A stretch of DNA of 64,000 nt from a bacterium (GTDB lineage Bacteria; Zixibacteria; MSB-5A5; GN15; FEB-12). The notes below the pieces were generated by a model. That model saw only the letters and a list, made by a program, of their open reading frames with translations. It made no database searches and was not told the origin of the DNA. The stretch lies in NCBI GenBank assembly GCA_043811375.1, contig JBDRNJ010000004.1, positions 64,001 to 128,000 on the forward strand, in the 5' to 3' direction. The stretch's first letter is position 1, and every line of letters starts with the position of its first letter. The translations under genes were made by a program, and so were the position numbers. Shown here piece by piece: positions 36,520-45,639 of this stretch.

Positions 36520-38313
36520 TCAACTTACCTCTTCCTCCAAGCGGTAGCGTTTGTAGATACGGGCGTAGTGGCCACCGGCAGCCATCAGTTCGAAATGCGT
36601 GCCCGACTCGATGATGCGACCCTTGTCCAGAACATAGATGGCGTCGGCCCGTTCCAGAGCATCGGGACGGTGCGTGATCAGGATGGCCGTCATGTCCGGC
36701 ACCACCTCCTGCAATCGCGCCCAGAGAGCCACCTCGGTACGAGAATCGAGCGCCGAGGTGCAGTCATCGAGAATAAGAATCCTTGGCTTTTTCACCAGCG
36801 CCCGGGCCAGCGCCAACCGCTGTTTCTGGCCGCCGGAGATAGTCATACCGCGGGTGCCGATCGGCGTATCGATGCCCTGGGGAAAATCGGCAATCTCGTC
36901 TTTGAGTTGCGAGACATCAATCGCCCACTCCAGAACGTCATCGCTGATATCCTCCCGTCCAAAGACAATGTTGTTGCGCACTGTGTCGCTGAACAATGTC
37001 GGTTCCTGCGGCACGAAACCGATGTTGCGCCGCAGATCGGCCAGAGAGTACCAGCGCAGATCGTGTCCATCGAGACTGATAGTGCCGTCGGTGGGGTCAA
37101 CCAGACGGGGAATCATGTTCACCAGCCAGGTTTTGCCGGAGCCGACTTTGCCCACCAGGGCCACCGTCTGACCGGCTTCAACAGTGAACGAGACACCATC
37201 GATGATCTTGCGGTCCGAATCGGGAAAGCTGAAGTCGACCTGTTCAAATTTGAGGTTGACCCCGGTTTGACCACTACCGTTACTGCCGTTACCACCGGCC
37301 ACCATCGGGGGCACTTCTTCCAGCTCAACCAGACGATCAATTGAGACCGCCGACTGACGCGACTTCACCAGGAACTGACCGATGTCGAACATCGGAAAGA
37401 CCAGGTAGACGACATAGAAGATGAAAGCCACCAGCTTGCCCATCGACAGGTTGGCGTTGATGGCCATGTAGCCACCGGCCACCAGCACGATGATGACGCC
37501 GACCTGCCAGATGTACATGTACATCGAGTCGACCACGGTATGGATCTTGATGGCCGATATCTCGGCGTCGCGGCGATCATTGACGGCCTTCATGAACTTG
37601 CCTTTCTGGGCCTTTTCTTTCACGTACGCCTTGACAACCCGAATACCCGAGAAGCAGGCTTCCATAACGTCGTTAAACGCAGAAATGCGTTTTTGCAGGT
37701 GGTCAAAACGCTTGTCCAACAGAGAAGAACTCTTAAAGAACACCAGGATCAGAACCGGCAGTGACCCGGCCGTCCACAGGGTCAGCATCGGATTAATCAT
37801 GGCCATCATGATGATCGTAAAAGTCACCATCACCAGCGCTTCGTACAGGCGAAAGATGCCCGAACATGCGAACCAGGACAATTTTTCGGCCACGTCGTCG
37901 GTCATGCGCGTTACCAGGTCGCCGGTATGGAAACGGTTGAAGAAATCCGGTCCCTTAAGCGTGATGCCGTCGAAAGCATCCTGCCGAAACAACCACTCCA
38001 GGCGCAGGTTCATCCAGGCCCGGTGCGACTGCACCACGGCATACAGGATCGCGGCCGCCAGGCCGACCGCAAATAGGGCCATCATCAGCGTAGCCGGGCT
38101 GGAAAGCCCCATAGTCCACCCCAGCAGATCCAGCCAGCGAGCCACGGCGTTGTCCGCCACCTGACCCGACTCGACATAGTCCACGGCAAACTGGATGAGC
38201 CGCGGCACCGATACCTGGAACAACGTCTGCACCGGCGTTAACATTAAAAGCAAGGCCAGGACGTACGGGTAACGGCGATAGTATCTCCATATCCATTTTA
38301 TTTTCTTACGCAT
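36520..38313 (-). CDS. ABC exporter, fused permease-ATPase (heterodimer subunit with degenerate Walker B)
   Basis: GKVGSGKT, ISGGQKQR, ILDDCTSALD. Confidence 0.93.
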   Translation of the reverse strand: MRKKIKWIWRYYRRYPYVLALLLMLTPVQTLFQVSVPRLIQFAVDYVESGQVADNAVARWLDLLGWTMGLSSPATLMMALFAVGLAAAILYAVVQSHRAWMNLRLEWLFRQDAFDGITLKGPDFFNRFHTGDLVTRMTDDVAEKLSWFACSGIFRLYEALVMVTFTIIMMAMINPMLTLWTAGSLPVLILVFFKSSSLLDKRFDHLQKRISAFNDVMEACFSGIRVVKAYVKEKAQKGKFMKAVNDRRDAEISAIKIHTVVDSMYMYIWQVGVIIVLVAGGYMAINANLSMGKLVAFIFYVVYLVFPMFDIGQFLVKSRQSAVSIDRLVELEEVPPMVAGGNGSNGSGQTGVNLKFEQVDFSFPDSDRKIIDGVSFTVEAGQTVALVGKVGSGKTWLVNMIPRLVDPTDGTISLDGHDLRWYSLADLRRNIGFVPQEPTLFSDTVRNNIVFGREDISDDVLEWAIDVSQLKDEIADFPQGIDTPIGTRGMTISGGQKQRLALARALVKKPRILILDDCTSALDSRTEVALWARLQEVVPDMTAILITHRPDALERADAIYVLDKGRIIESGTHFELMAAGGHYARIYKRYRLEEEVS

Positions 38314-40114
38314 GGGTTGTTACTCCCGATTCTGTCTTGAACTGCAGATGGAACAGCTTTGAATAGTAACCGTCCTTCAAGATCAGTTCCGTGTGAGTGC
38401 CGCGCTCAATTATCTCACCGTTGCGGATGACCAGGATATGGTCGACATCGAGAATCGTCGACAGACGATGCGCGATAATCAACGACGTCCGTTTGGCCAT
38501 CAATCGTTTCAGTGAGGCCTGAATGGTTCGTTCCGTTTCGGGATCGACCGAACTGGTGGCTTCATCCAGAATGAGCATATCCGGATCGATCACCAGCGCC
38601 CGGGCAAACGACAATAGCTGCCGTTCACCACGACTGAAGTTGGCACCTTTCTCCGAAACTTCAGTGGCATATCCCTTCGGCAGATTCCGAATAAACCTGT
38701 CGGCCTCGACGACTTTCGCGGCGGCAACAATCTTTTCCTCGGTGGCTGTCTCGGCCTCCAGGCCGAGGTTGGCCTGTACGTCTCCGGGAAACAGCAGGAT
38801 ATCCTGCAGGACCAGGGCAAAGCGGCGGCGCAGGTCGGCTTTGCGAAGATCGCGAATATCTATACCATCCACCGTAATGCGTCCCCGCTGGGGGTCGTAC
38901 AACCGCAACATCAGTGAAATAACTGTTGACTTGCCGCCACCGGTCACTCCGGCCAGGGCCACCCGTCGACCGACCGGAATCTCAAAGTTGGCATCCTTCA
39001 GCGCCCAGTTGCCGTCCCCGGTATAAGAGAACCAGACATCTTCAAAACGAATCCCCCGGCGCAGCTTGTTCCATGTCACCGGCCGAACCGGATCGGGCAG
39101 CTTCTGCTCTTCGGCCAGGAGTGCGAAAATCCTTTTGGCGCCGGCAATCGCCTTCTGGATAGTCGACAACTGCTCCGAGACTCGCCAGATCGGTTCAAAC
39201 GACCGCCAGATCAGGATGACAAACAGACTGATCGTCCCGACCGTGAGAGCGCCCGTTTGCACCCAGTACATGCCGAAAAACAGCACCAAACCGATAAGGA
39301 CCGGCTGGAAGAAGAAAACCATGTTGAAAAAGAGTACCACGCCGATATTGACGTAGCGATCATCGACGAATTTCAACCGGTTGGCTTCATCGACCCGCCG
39401 ACGGACCCAGGCACCGCGGTGGAAGATTTGAACGATCACCATGCCGTGCAGAAATTCCGTCACGTTGGCCGTAATCTCAGCCATCTTCTTGCGAACGTCC
39501 AGAAAGCGGGAGGTCGTCTTGCGCTCAAAGATATAAACCAGCAACGCTATGCATGGCACCGCCAGCAGCAGTATCAGCGTCAGCCGCCAACTGTAGTAGA
39601 ACATAACGGCATAAATGCCGACCATCAGCAGCATATCTCCCACCAGCAGGACCACTGTGTTGGTAAACAGCATCCGCAACGCCTCGGTATCCGATTCGAT
39701 GCGAGCCATCAATCGCCCGACCGGGTTACGATCAAAAAAGGAGATGTCCAGCGACAGAATATGGTCAAACAGCCGGCGTTTGAGATCGACCATGACATCC
39801 TGTCCGATCGTCTCCAGCTTCACCCGCTGTACATACTGCAGCACCAGCGTAATCGCCTGCAGCAGGCCGATTGCCAGCGCCGTCCATAACAATCCCCGGA
39901 AATCGCCGGCCCTGATATCTATATCCAGTGCCCGCTTGAGCAGAATCGGCCACCATAGTGACAGGAGCGTGGCCACCGCCAGCAGCAGCAGGCAAACCAG
40001 TAACGGTCCCCGATGCGGCTTCAGCAATGGCATCAGTCTGGCAAATGCCGTTCGGCTCCTGATGGTCTTTTCCTGCTCTGTAGTCTGTTCGTTTTCGTAT
40101 AATTCGCCTGTCAT
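38306..40114 (-). CDS. ABC exporter, fused permease-ATPase (heterodimer subunit with degenerate signature)
   Basis: GVTGGGKS, FSRGERQ, LDEATSSVD, AHRLST. Confidence 0.93.
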   Translation of the reverse strand: MTGELYENEQTTEQEKTIRSRTAFARLMPLLKPHRGPLLVCLLLLAVATLLSLWWPILLKRALDIDIRAGDFRGLLWTALAIGLLQAITLVLQYVQRVKLETIGQDVMVDLKRRLFDHILSLDISFFDRNPVGRLMARIESDTEALRMLFTNTVVLLVGDMLLMVGIYAVMFYYSWRLTLILLLAVPCIALLVYIFERKTTSRFLDVRKKMAEITANVTEFLHGMVIVQIFHRGAWVRRRVDEANRLKFVDDRYVNIGVVLFFNMVFFFQPVLIGLVLFFGMYWVQTGALTVGTISLFVILIWRSFEPIWRVSEQLSTIQKAIAGAKRIFALLAEEQKLPDPVRPVTWNKLRRGIRFEDVWFSYTGDGNWALKDANFEIPVGRRVALAGVTGGGKSTVISLMLRLYDPQRGRITVDGIDIRDLRKADLRRRFALVLQDILLFPGDVQANLGLEAETATEEKIVAAAKVVEADRFIRNLPKGYATEVSEKGANFSRGERQLLSFARALVIDPDMLILDEATSSVDPETERTIQASLKRLMAKRTSLIIAHRLSTILDVDHILVIRNGEIIERGTHTELILKDGYYSKLFHLQFKTESGVTTHA

Positions 40115-40173
40115 CGTACCGCTCTTTAGTCAATTTGTTAACGTATCATTTCGCTTGCGGTTCGAACGGCAAT

Positions 40174-40208
40174 AAAAAAAACCGCCGAACCGAACTGGTC
40201 GCGGCGGG
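40174..40208 (-). terminator. Attenuator terminator in the ABC operon leader
   Basis: Minus strand CCGCCG-14 nt-CGGCGG-TTTTTTTT, about 60 nt upstream of the ABC start. Confidence 0.82.
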
Positions 40209-40230
40209 TAATAACTTTTCTCTCTTAGGC

Positions 40231-40311
40231 CTACTGAGAACCAGCTACACCTCTCCCGCCGCGGATGCCATTAGGCAGCATCACAAACTTGGCTACTCGA
40301 ATCCTGATCAT
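40231..40311 (-). CDS. Putative leader peptide MIRIRVAKFVMLPNGIRGGRGVAGSQ
   Basis: GGAGG 10 nt upstream of ATG; contains CGCGGCGGG, complementary to the terminator 5' arm. Confidence 0.65.
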   Translation of the reverse strand: MIRIRVAKFVMLPNGIRGGRGVAGSQ

Positions 40312-40385
40312 ACTTATCAAGCCTCCGCTGCGAATGAGATTTAGATCAACATTTCTTACACACTTATTCTGCTTTAATATCAGAC

Positions 40386-40413
40386 AATATATCCTTTATC
40401 TATCGGATGTCAA
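40386..40413 (-). promoter_or_regulatory. Sigma-70 promoter of the leader/ABC operon
   Basis: TTGACA-16-TATATT. Confidence 0.65.
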
Positions 40414-40819
40414 ACAAAAAAGTTGCATGGGGACTAAAAGTTTTTTTTCGGTTCTACCGGCAGCCCTCATTAACAGTGAGTGATTATTGGCTGTGTCGTG
40501 AGTGGCATCGCCACATTTATTGGCATCGCCAGTGACAAGTCACCTCTATTTCCACTCGCGGTCAGGAATTCTGAGGTTATCCCATAAGGTAGTTCCGGCA
40601 GGTCTTGCCGACGACGAAGTCGGAGGTGTGACCTGGCGGTAACTCTGGAAGTGCTGAATAGACAATAAAATCGCTAAACTGTCAGTTCACACGTTTGGCA
40701 AACCAAACGCAAGAACTGACAGAACAATGAACTTTTGGGACAACCTCTTCTTTCCTGACCATACCAAATGTAGCCGTCACGAAAGGATTCGTGACGGCGC
40801 AAGAAAAACCACACCTGCC

Positions 40820-40885
40820 ACCCTTCGACTCCGCTCAGGGTGACGATTACGCTGTTCGGTTGGGTCCTGGCTCGCCTCCGGGCGA
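40820..40885. repeat. REP-like cluster 3
   Basis: 40820-40846 = 45360-45386 (27/27); 40852-40885 = 45477-45510 (33/34). Confidence 0.85.
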
Positions 40886-40947
40886 TGAGCCACCCTTCGC
40901 TGTTCCGGCTTGTGCCGTAAGCTCTCATCATGTTACTTGCTCTCAAG

Positions 40948-41871
40948 ATGACTCGCAATACTCCCAATATCCCTGACGGTTTCCGCCGCCGCTACCAGCC
41001 ACTGGTTGACGACCCGGAAGCTTTTCTGGCGGCTATGCAACGGCCATTGACGAACTCGTTTCGTATCAACAGGCTCAAGGCTACCAGCGCTGAGGTGTTG
41101 CCGCGTTTTGAAGAATATGGGATTATGACTCAGGCGGTTAGCTGGTATGATGAAGCCTTCACGACCACTTCCGAGGTCGTCAGCGTCACACTGGAAAGAT
41201 TCCTGGGGAAAGTCTGTCTGCAGGAGTTGGCCTCGATGCTGCCACCGCTGGTGATAGCCGACAAGTTAGGGACAGCCAAACGAGTGCTCGACGGTTGCGC
41301 TGCGCCCGGTTCCAAGACGACCCAGATGGCGGCACTGATGAACAACCGGGGTTTATTGGTGGCCAACGACAGCAACTACGACCGGATCAGGGCGCTGAAG
41401 TTCAATCTCAACCGGGCGGGAGTTCTCAACTCCGTCATCACGGAAGAAGACCTGCGAACTTTTCCCCAGAGCGAATTCGATGTCGTCCTGCTGGACGCTC
41501 CCTGCTCCTCGGAGGGAATGATGCGCAAGAATCCGCTGCTGTGGAAGCGCTGGTCCGAGCACCGCATCCGCACCTGGTCCGGGCTGCAAAAACAACTCAT
41601 ACTGAAAGCTTTCGACTTGCTGGCGTCCGGGGGAACCCTGTTGTATTCCACCTGCACGATAGCGCCGGAAGAAAATGAGACGGTCATTGACTGGCTGCTG
41701 CAAAACCGACCGGCAAAGACCGAGCCGATTGAGATGAACGGGTTCACCTTCTCACCGGCGCTGCCGGAGTGGCTGGGCACGACATTTGACAACAGGTGTG
41801 CCGCTGCGGTCAGGGTGTGGCCGCATCACAACGACACCGGGGCGTTCTTTCTTGCCAGGGTGAGCAAGTGA
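40948..41871 (+). CDS. RsmB/RsmF/NOP2-family RNA m5C methyltransferase (catalytic domain only)
   Basis: QELASM, LDGCAAPGSKT, LLDAPCSSEG, YSTCT, EENE. Confidence 0.92.
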   Translation: MTRNTPNIPDGFRRRYQPLVDDPEAFLAAMQRPLTNSFRINRLKATSAEVLPRFEEYGIMTQAVSWYDEAFTTTSEVVSVTLERFLGKVCLQELASMLPPLVIADKLGTAKRVLDGCAAPGSKTTQMAALMNNRGLLVANDSNYDRIRALKFNLNRAGVLNSVITEEDLRTFPQSEFDVVLLDAPCSSEGMMRKNPLLWKRWSEHRIRTWSGLQKQLILKAFDLLASGGTLLYSTCTIAPEENETVIDWLLQNRPAKTEPIEMNGFTFSPALPEWLGTTFDNRCAAAVRVWPHHNDTGAFFLARVSK

Positions 41872-42326
41872 TCACTGTTTGTAATACTCAAATTCAGGAC
41901 CAGGTGCTGACTTATCTGATGAAGCGTTTCGGGATTGAGCCGTCCGTCTTTGACGGCTTTGCTTTCTATGAGGGAACCAATGGCCGGGTATACCTGGGAC
42001 CACCGACAGCGTCTGATCTGTCGTTGGCTAAATCGATCGGAATACTCATCGCCCGGGTTCAGAAAGGTATCAAACCGACCAGTCATCTGTTCCAGGTGTT
42101 CGGTCGGTCGGTGAGTCGCAACACTGTCAGCCTTATACGCCAGCAGGCGGTGGCCTATATGAAAGGCAACCAGGTCATGTTGTTAAGCGAGCAGTTTGAC
42201 CAGGCACAACCCGGCTGGGTGATGCTCAGCTTCCGTGGCGAACCACTGGGATGCGGTCTGCTGAAAGACAAGGCAGTACAGAGCGTTCTGCCCAAGGGGG
42301 ATCGTCTGTCCGTGAAACATCTCTGA
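41868..42326 (+). CDS. RsmF C-terminal/NIP7-like PUA-type RNA-binding protein
   Basis: GTGA coupling to the methyltransferase; A..YMKG...GWVML..G.PLG.G...LPK resembles the RsmF C-terminus. Confidence 0.65.
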   Translation: MITVCNTQIQDQVLTYLMKRFGIEPSVFDGFAFYEGTNGRVYLGPPTASDLSLAKSIGILIARVQKGIKPTSHLFQVFGRSVSRNTVSLIRQQAVAYMKGNQVMLLSEQFDQAQPGWVMLSFRGEPLGCGLLKDKAVQSVLPKGDRLSVKHL

Positions 42327-42331
42327 GGCTG

Positions 42332-42937
42332 TCACTTCGATTCTCGTCGGTACCAGAGGTAGAAGATCGGCCGCCCTTCCGAGCGCCATTTCATCTCGAA
42401 GAAAGTCGGTTCGTAATCGGCCAGGTCACAACCGTCCACGAACGGCCGACCCAGGTTCTGCAGAATCGGCATACCGGCGGCGTTTTCCACCACCCACTCA
42501 GCATAGGCAGTAACATCGGTGGCCATAAACAGATCACCGCCCGGTCGGAGAAATTGCGCCAGCAGGGTTAGAAATTGAGCGTTCAGCAGTCGTTTCGGGG
42601 CGTGGCGTATCTTGGGCCAGGGATCGGGAAAAAGGACGTATATCTTTTCAAACGCTGATTTCTTGAAATACTTCGGCAACACAATGCGGGCGTCGCCCTG
42701 GATCAGGAGAATATTATCCAGTTGTTTTTTCTCGATTCGGGAGGGCAGTTTGTAGTAGCGTTTCTTGCCCAGTTCTATGGCTACAAATCGCTTCTCAGGG
42801 AACAATGTCGCCAGCGACAACAACAAATCGCCCCGTCCGGGACCAACTTCGAGAATATCGCCAACACAGGTGTCCGGTTCCTCCGGGTAGAAAAGAACCT
42901 TCTTGGCAGCTTCGAACTTGATGGGGAAAGTCTTCAT
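42332..42937 (-). CDS. trmB: tRNA (guanine-N7)-methyltransferase
   Basis: LEVGPGRG, FPDPWPKIRH, MATD, TFFE. Confidence 0.88.
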   Translation of the reverse strand: MKTFPIKFEAAKKVLFYPEEPDTCVGDILEVGPGRGDLLLSLATLFPEKRFVAIELGKKRYYKLPSRIEKKQLDNILLIQGDARIVLPKYFKKSAFEKIYVLFPDPWPKIRHAPKRLLNAQFLTLLAQFLRPGGDLFMATDVTAYAEWVVENAAGMPILQNLGRPFVDGCDLADYEPTFFEMKWRSEGRPIFYLWYRRESK

Positions 42938-43836
42938 GTCCGTTTCAGTTCGTGTCGCAGGATTATCTCCAGATGCGGCCGGCGGAATCGGAAACCGGAT
43001 TCGACCAGACGGGTTGGCTTCACCCGGGTGCTTGTCAACAGCATTTCACGGGCCATCTCACCGAAGAGAAACCGCAAAACCCCGGCCGGAACAGTCATCA
43101 TTGTAGGTCGGCAGAGTACCTTCCCCAGGGCCTGAGTGAACTCCCGGTTTGTCACCGCATTCGGCGATACCAGGTTGACGGCGCCCCTGAGTGACCCGGT
43201 ATTCAGACAATGATATATAGCAGCTACTATATCTTCGAGAGATATCCAACTCATGTACTGCCGTCCGCTGCCCAACCGTCCCCCCAGACCGAATCGAAAC
43301 GACGGCAGCATCTTTGCCAGAGCGCCACCGTCAGCGCTGAGTATGACTCCGAACCGAAGATGTACTACCCGAATCCCAGCCTCGGTAGCCGGCTTGGTGG
43401 CCGCCTCCCATTCGCGGCAGAGATCAGCCAGGAAACCGTTGCCGGGTCCGTCGTTTTCATCAACTTCATCGTCACCACGATCGCCGTAAAATCCGCAGGC
43501 CGAAGCCGACAGCAACACCGCCGGGGGTGGCTTTAATCTCGCCAGTGCTTCGGACAACAGGCGGGTTCCGATGATGCGGCTGTCTCGGATGCGTGCTTTT
43601 TTCGATGTCGTCCATCTGCCGGAAGCGATGTTCTCTCCAGCCAGGTGCACCACGGCGTCTATGCCTTTCAGACCATCTCTGTTAATCATCCCCCCATCCG
43701 GATCCCATCGGACCTGTTTGCCGGTCGGTGAGTCTCCGCTGCGAACGAGCGGGATTACATCGTGGCCCTGCGAGGACAAATCTGCAACTATGGCTCGACC
43801 GATCAATCCGGTAGAACCGCTAACGACGATTTTCAT
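42934..43836 (-). CDS. TIGR01777/YfcH-family NAD-dependent epimerase-like protein
   Basis: SGSTGLIG, HLAGENI..RWT, SASACGFYG, GSGRQYMSWI. Confidence 0.92.
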   Translation of the reverse strand: MKIVVSGSTGLIGRAIVADLSSQGHDVIPLVRSGDSPTGKQVRWDPDGGMINRDGLKGIDAVVHLAGENIASGRWTTSKKARIRDSRIIGTRLLSEALARLKPPPAVLLSASACGFYGDRGDDEVDENDGPGNGFLADLCREWEAATKPATEAGIRVVHLRFGVILSADGGALAKMLPSFRFGLGGRLGSGRQYMSWISLEDIVAAIYHCLNTGSLRGAVNLVSPNAVTNREFTQALGKVLCRPTMMTVPAGVLRFLFGEMAREMLLTSTRVKPTRLVESGFRFRRPHLEIILRHELKRT

Positions 43837-43875
43837 CGTATGCTCCGCATACCGCAGCCGACGAGAGGCGGAGGT

Positions 43876-45243
43876 TCAGACCACCAGCTTCTGCATCAAC
43901 TCCCGGACCGACATCTTCTCGCAGGCAAAGATCACCTCTTTGGTCTCCTGTCGGCGATCATCCGAGAGCAAGCCCGATGCCAGGGCGTTGAACTTGGCCG
44001 TGAGGTCATCCATCGTCATCGGCTCGCGCGGGTCGCCTTTGGGGTACTCAAGATATTCGGAAAAACTCTGACCGTCTTTGGTTTTTACGACGACTTTCGA
44101 CGGTTGCTTGGCCGGGAACATCTTCTCGAACTCCTGCGAGGCCTCGCCCTTGATCTTGTCGATCACTTCCCAGATGCGTTTGTCCTTGAGTTTTTCATCA
44201 GAGAATGACTGGGTGGTCACCTGATGATCGACCAGGGCGGCGGCCACACAATAAGGCAACGAGTGATCGGCCGTTTCGCGTGACTCCGGGCGGTACTTGT
44301 GCGAATCGAAAAGAATATCACAGGCGCGGGCGATAGTGGTGATCGTCACCTGCTCGATCCGGTCATACGTTATATCGTTGTCGCGAACGACCTTCAACGT
44401 GGTCGACAGGTGGGTGTGGGTCAAGGCTTCGGTGGGGAAGGCCTTCATGCTGCACTCGAGTATCTTGAACTTGCCGCCCAGGTTGCCGATCAGTTTGTCA
44501 TTGTCCCACTCGGGACCGAACACGTCCATCAGACCTTCCTTGCCTTCAAACACCGCCTCGGTGCCGGTGTAACCCTTTTGCGCCATCAGGGCGGCCAGGA
44601 CACCGCTTTGCACCGCCATCGGATCGACGGTGTTTTTCATCATCGTCAGCTTACCGGCGGTGGGGCAACCGATAGTGTGGTTGTGGGAGCCGCTGATGCC
44701 GATGGCATGAACCATCTGGTCAACCGTCAAACCCAGCAGCTTGCCGGCCACGATCGGTGAAACGAACTGCGTCAGGGTGGCGTGGTGCCACTTGCGTTCG
44801 CGCACGCCGGGCACGGCGAATTCGCACAGGCGCTGTTCAAACTCGTAGGCCAGTACGATAGCTACGATCACCTCTCTCATCGAAGCGTCAACCAGTTCAC
44901 CTGTCGCCAGCGCCGCTGGAATCAGGTCGGACGGATGCGAGGGGTCTTCCTTCCAGTAGATGTCGTTGAAATCAAGAGCGCGTACCATCAGGGAATTGAC
45001 GAGAGTGGCGTTGACGGCGGGCATCTTGTCACCGAAAGCTATCAGTGTCGCTTCACCCCGGCCGCCCATGCCGGCGTAGATGTCGCGCAGGATATTGACA
45101 TCTTTGGTGTGGTAGCCGCCGTAAGCACAGCCGATGGAGTCGTACAGGTAGCGTTTGACTTCGTTGACGACATCGTCGGGCAGGTCGTCGTATTTGAGAT
45201 TGACGGCAAATTCAGCTATCCGGCGTGAGATTGATTTCTGCAT
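43876..45243 (-). CDS. MmgE/PrpD family protein
   Basis: RALDFND, HPSD, KAFPTE, ADHSLPY, PKGDPREP. Confidence 0.9.
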   Translation of the reverse strand: MQKSISRRIAEFAVNLKYDDLPDDVVNEVKRYLYDSIGCAYGGYHTKDVNILRDIYAGMGGRGEATLIAFGDKMPAVNATLVNSLMVRALDFNDIYWKEDPSHPSDLIPAALATGELVDASMREVIVAIVLAYEFEQRLCEFAVPGVRERKWHHATLTQFVSPIVAGKLLGLTVDQMVHAIGISGSHNHTIGCPTAGKLTMMKNTVDPMAVQSGVLAALMAQKGYTGTEAVFEGKEGLMDVFGPEWDNDKLIGNLGGKFKILECSMKAFPTEALTHTHLSTTLKVVRDNDITYDRIEQVTITTIARACDILFDSHKYRPESRETADHSLPYCVAAALVDHQVTTQSFSDEKLKDKRIWEVIDKIKGEASQEFEKMFPAKQPSKVVVKTKDGQSFSEYLEYPKGDPREPMTMDDLTAKFNALASGLLSDDRRQETKEVIFACEKMSVRELMQKLVV

Positions 45244-45282
45244 GTTAGTATTTTATCCTTTGTTAAACTAATGTTTCCTGTT

Positions 45283-45510
45283 TCAACCCCAAACAAGTTT
45301 GTGGTTGCCACCCAGCCGCGTAGAGGCGGGCCTTGTGTCCGCCGATGGCGTTGCCACTAACCCTTCGACTCCGCTCAGGGTGACGACATTCACTGTCTTC
45401 CACTATAGTGCGCGGCGTATGTCCACATGCGCCGCGATCTACCGGCAGATGTGGACATCTGCCGGTCACAAATCCACTGTTCGGTTGGGTCTTGGCTCGC
45501 CTCCGGGCGA
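45283..45510. repeat. REP-like palindrome cluster 4
   Basis: Modules shared with 57515-57545 (31/31, inverted), 36374-36403 (29/30, inverted), 36465-36491 (24/27, inverted), 40820-40846 and 40852-40885. Confidence 0.88.
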
Positions 45511-45639
45511 GGTGTGATCCGACCGAAACTAACTTATGAGACAATCCCCCTCGCTTTGGGTTCAGACGATTCCCCGCATTTGAAACGAACCCACCTCAAA
45601 GGATGAAGCACCTGCAATGACGATGGGCATTGCCGCATA

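Noticed and set aside
45263..45544. Small ORFs across repeat clusters (also 40674-40967, 36173-36409, 57440-57688)
   Set aside because: They are translations of palindromic repeats (e.g. HPERSRR, VTLSGVEG), not credible genes
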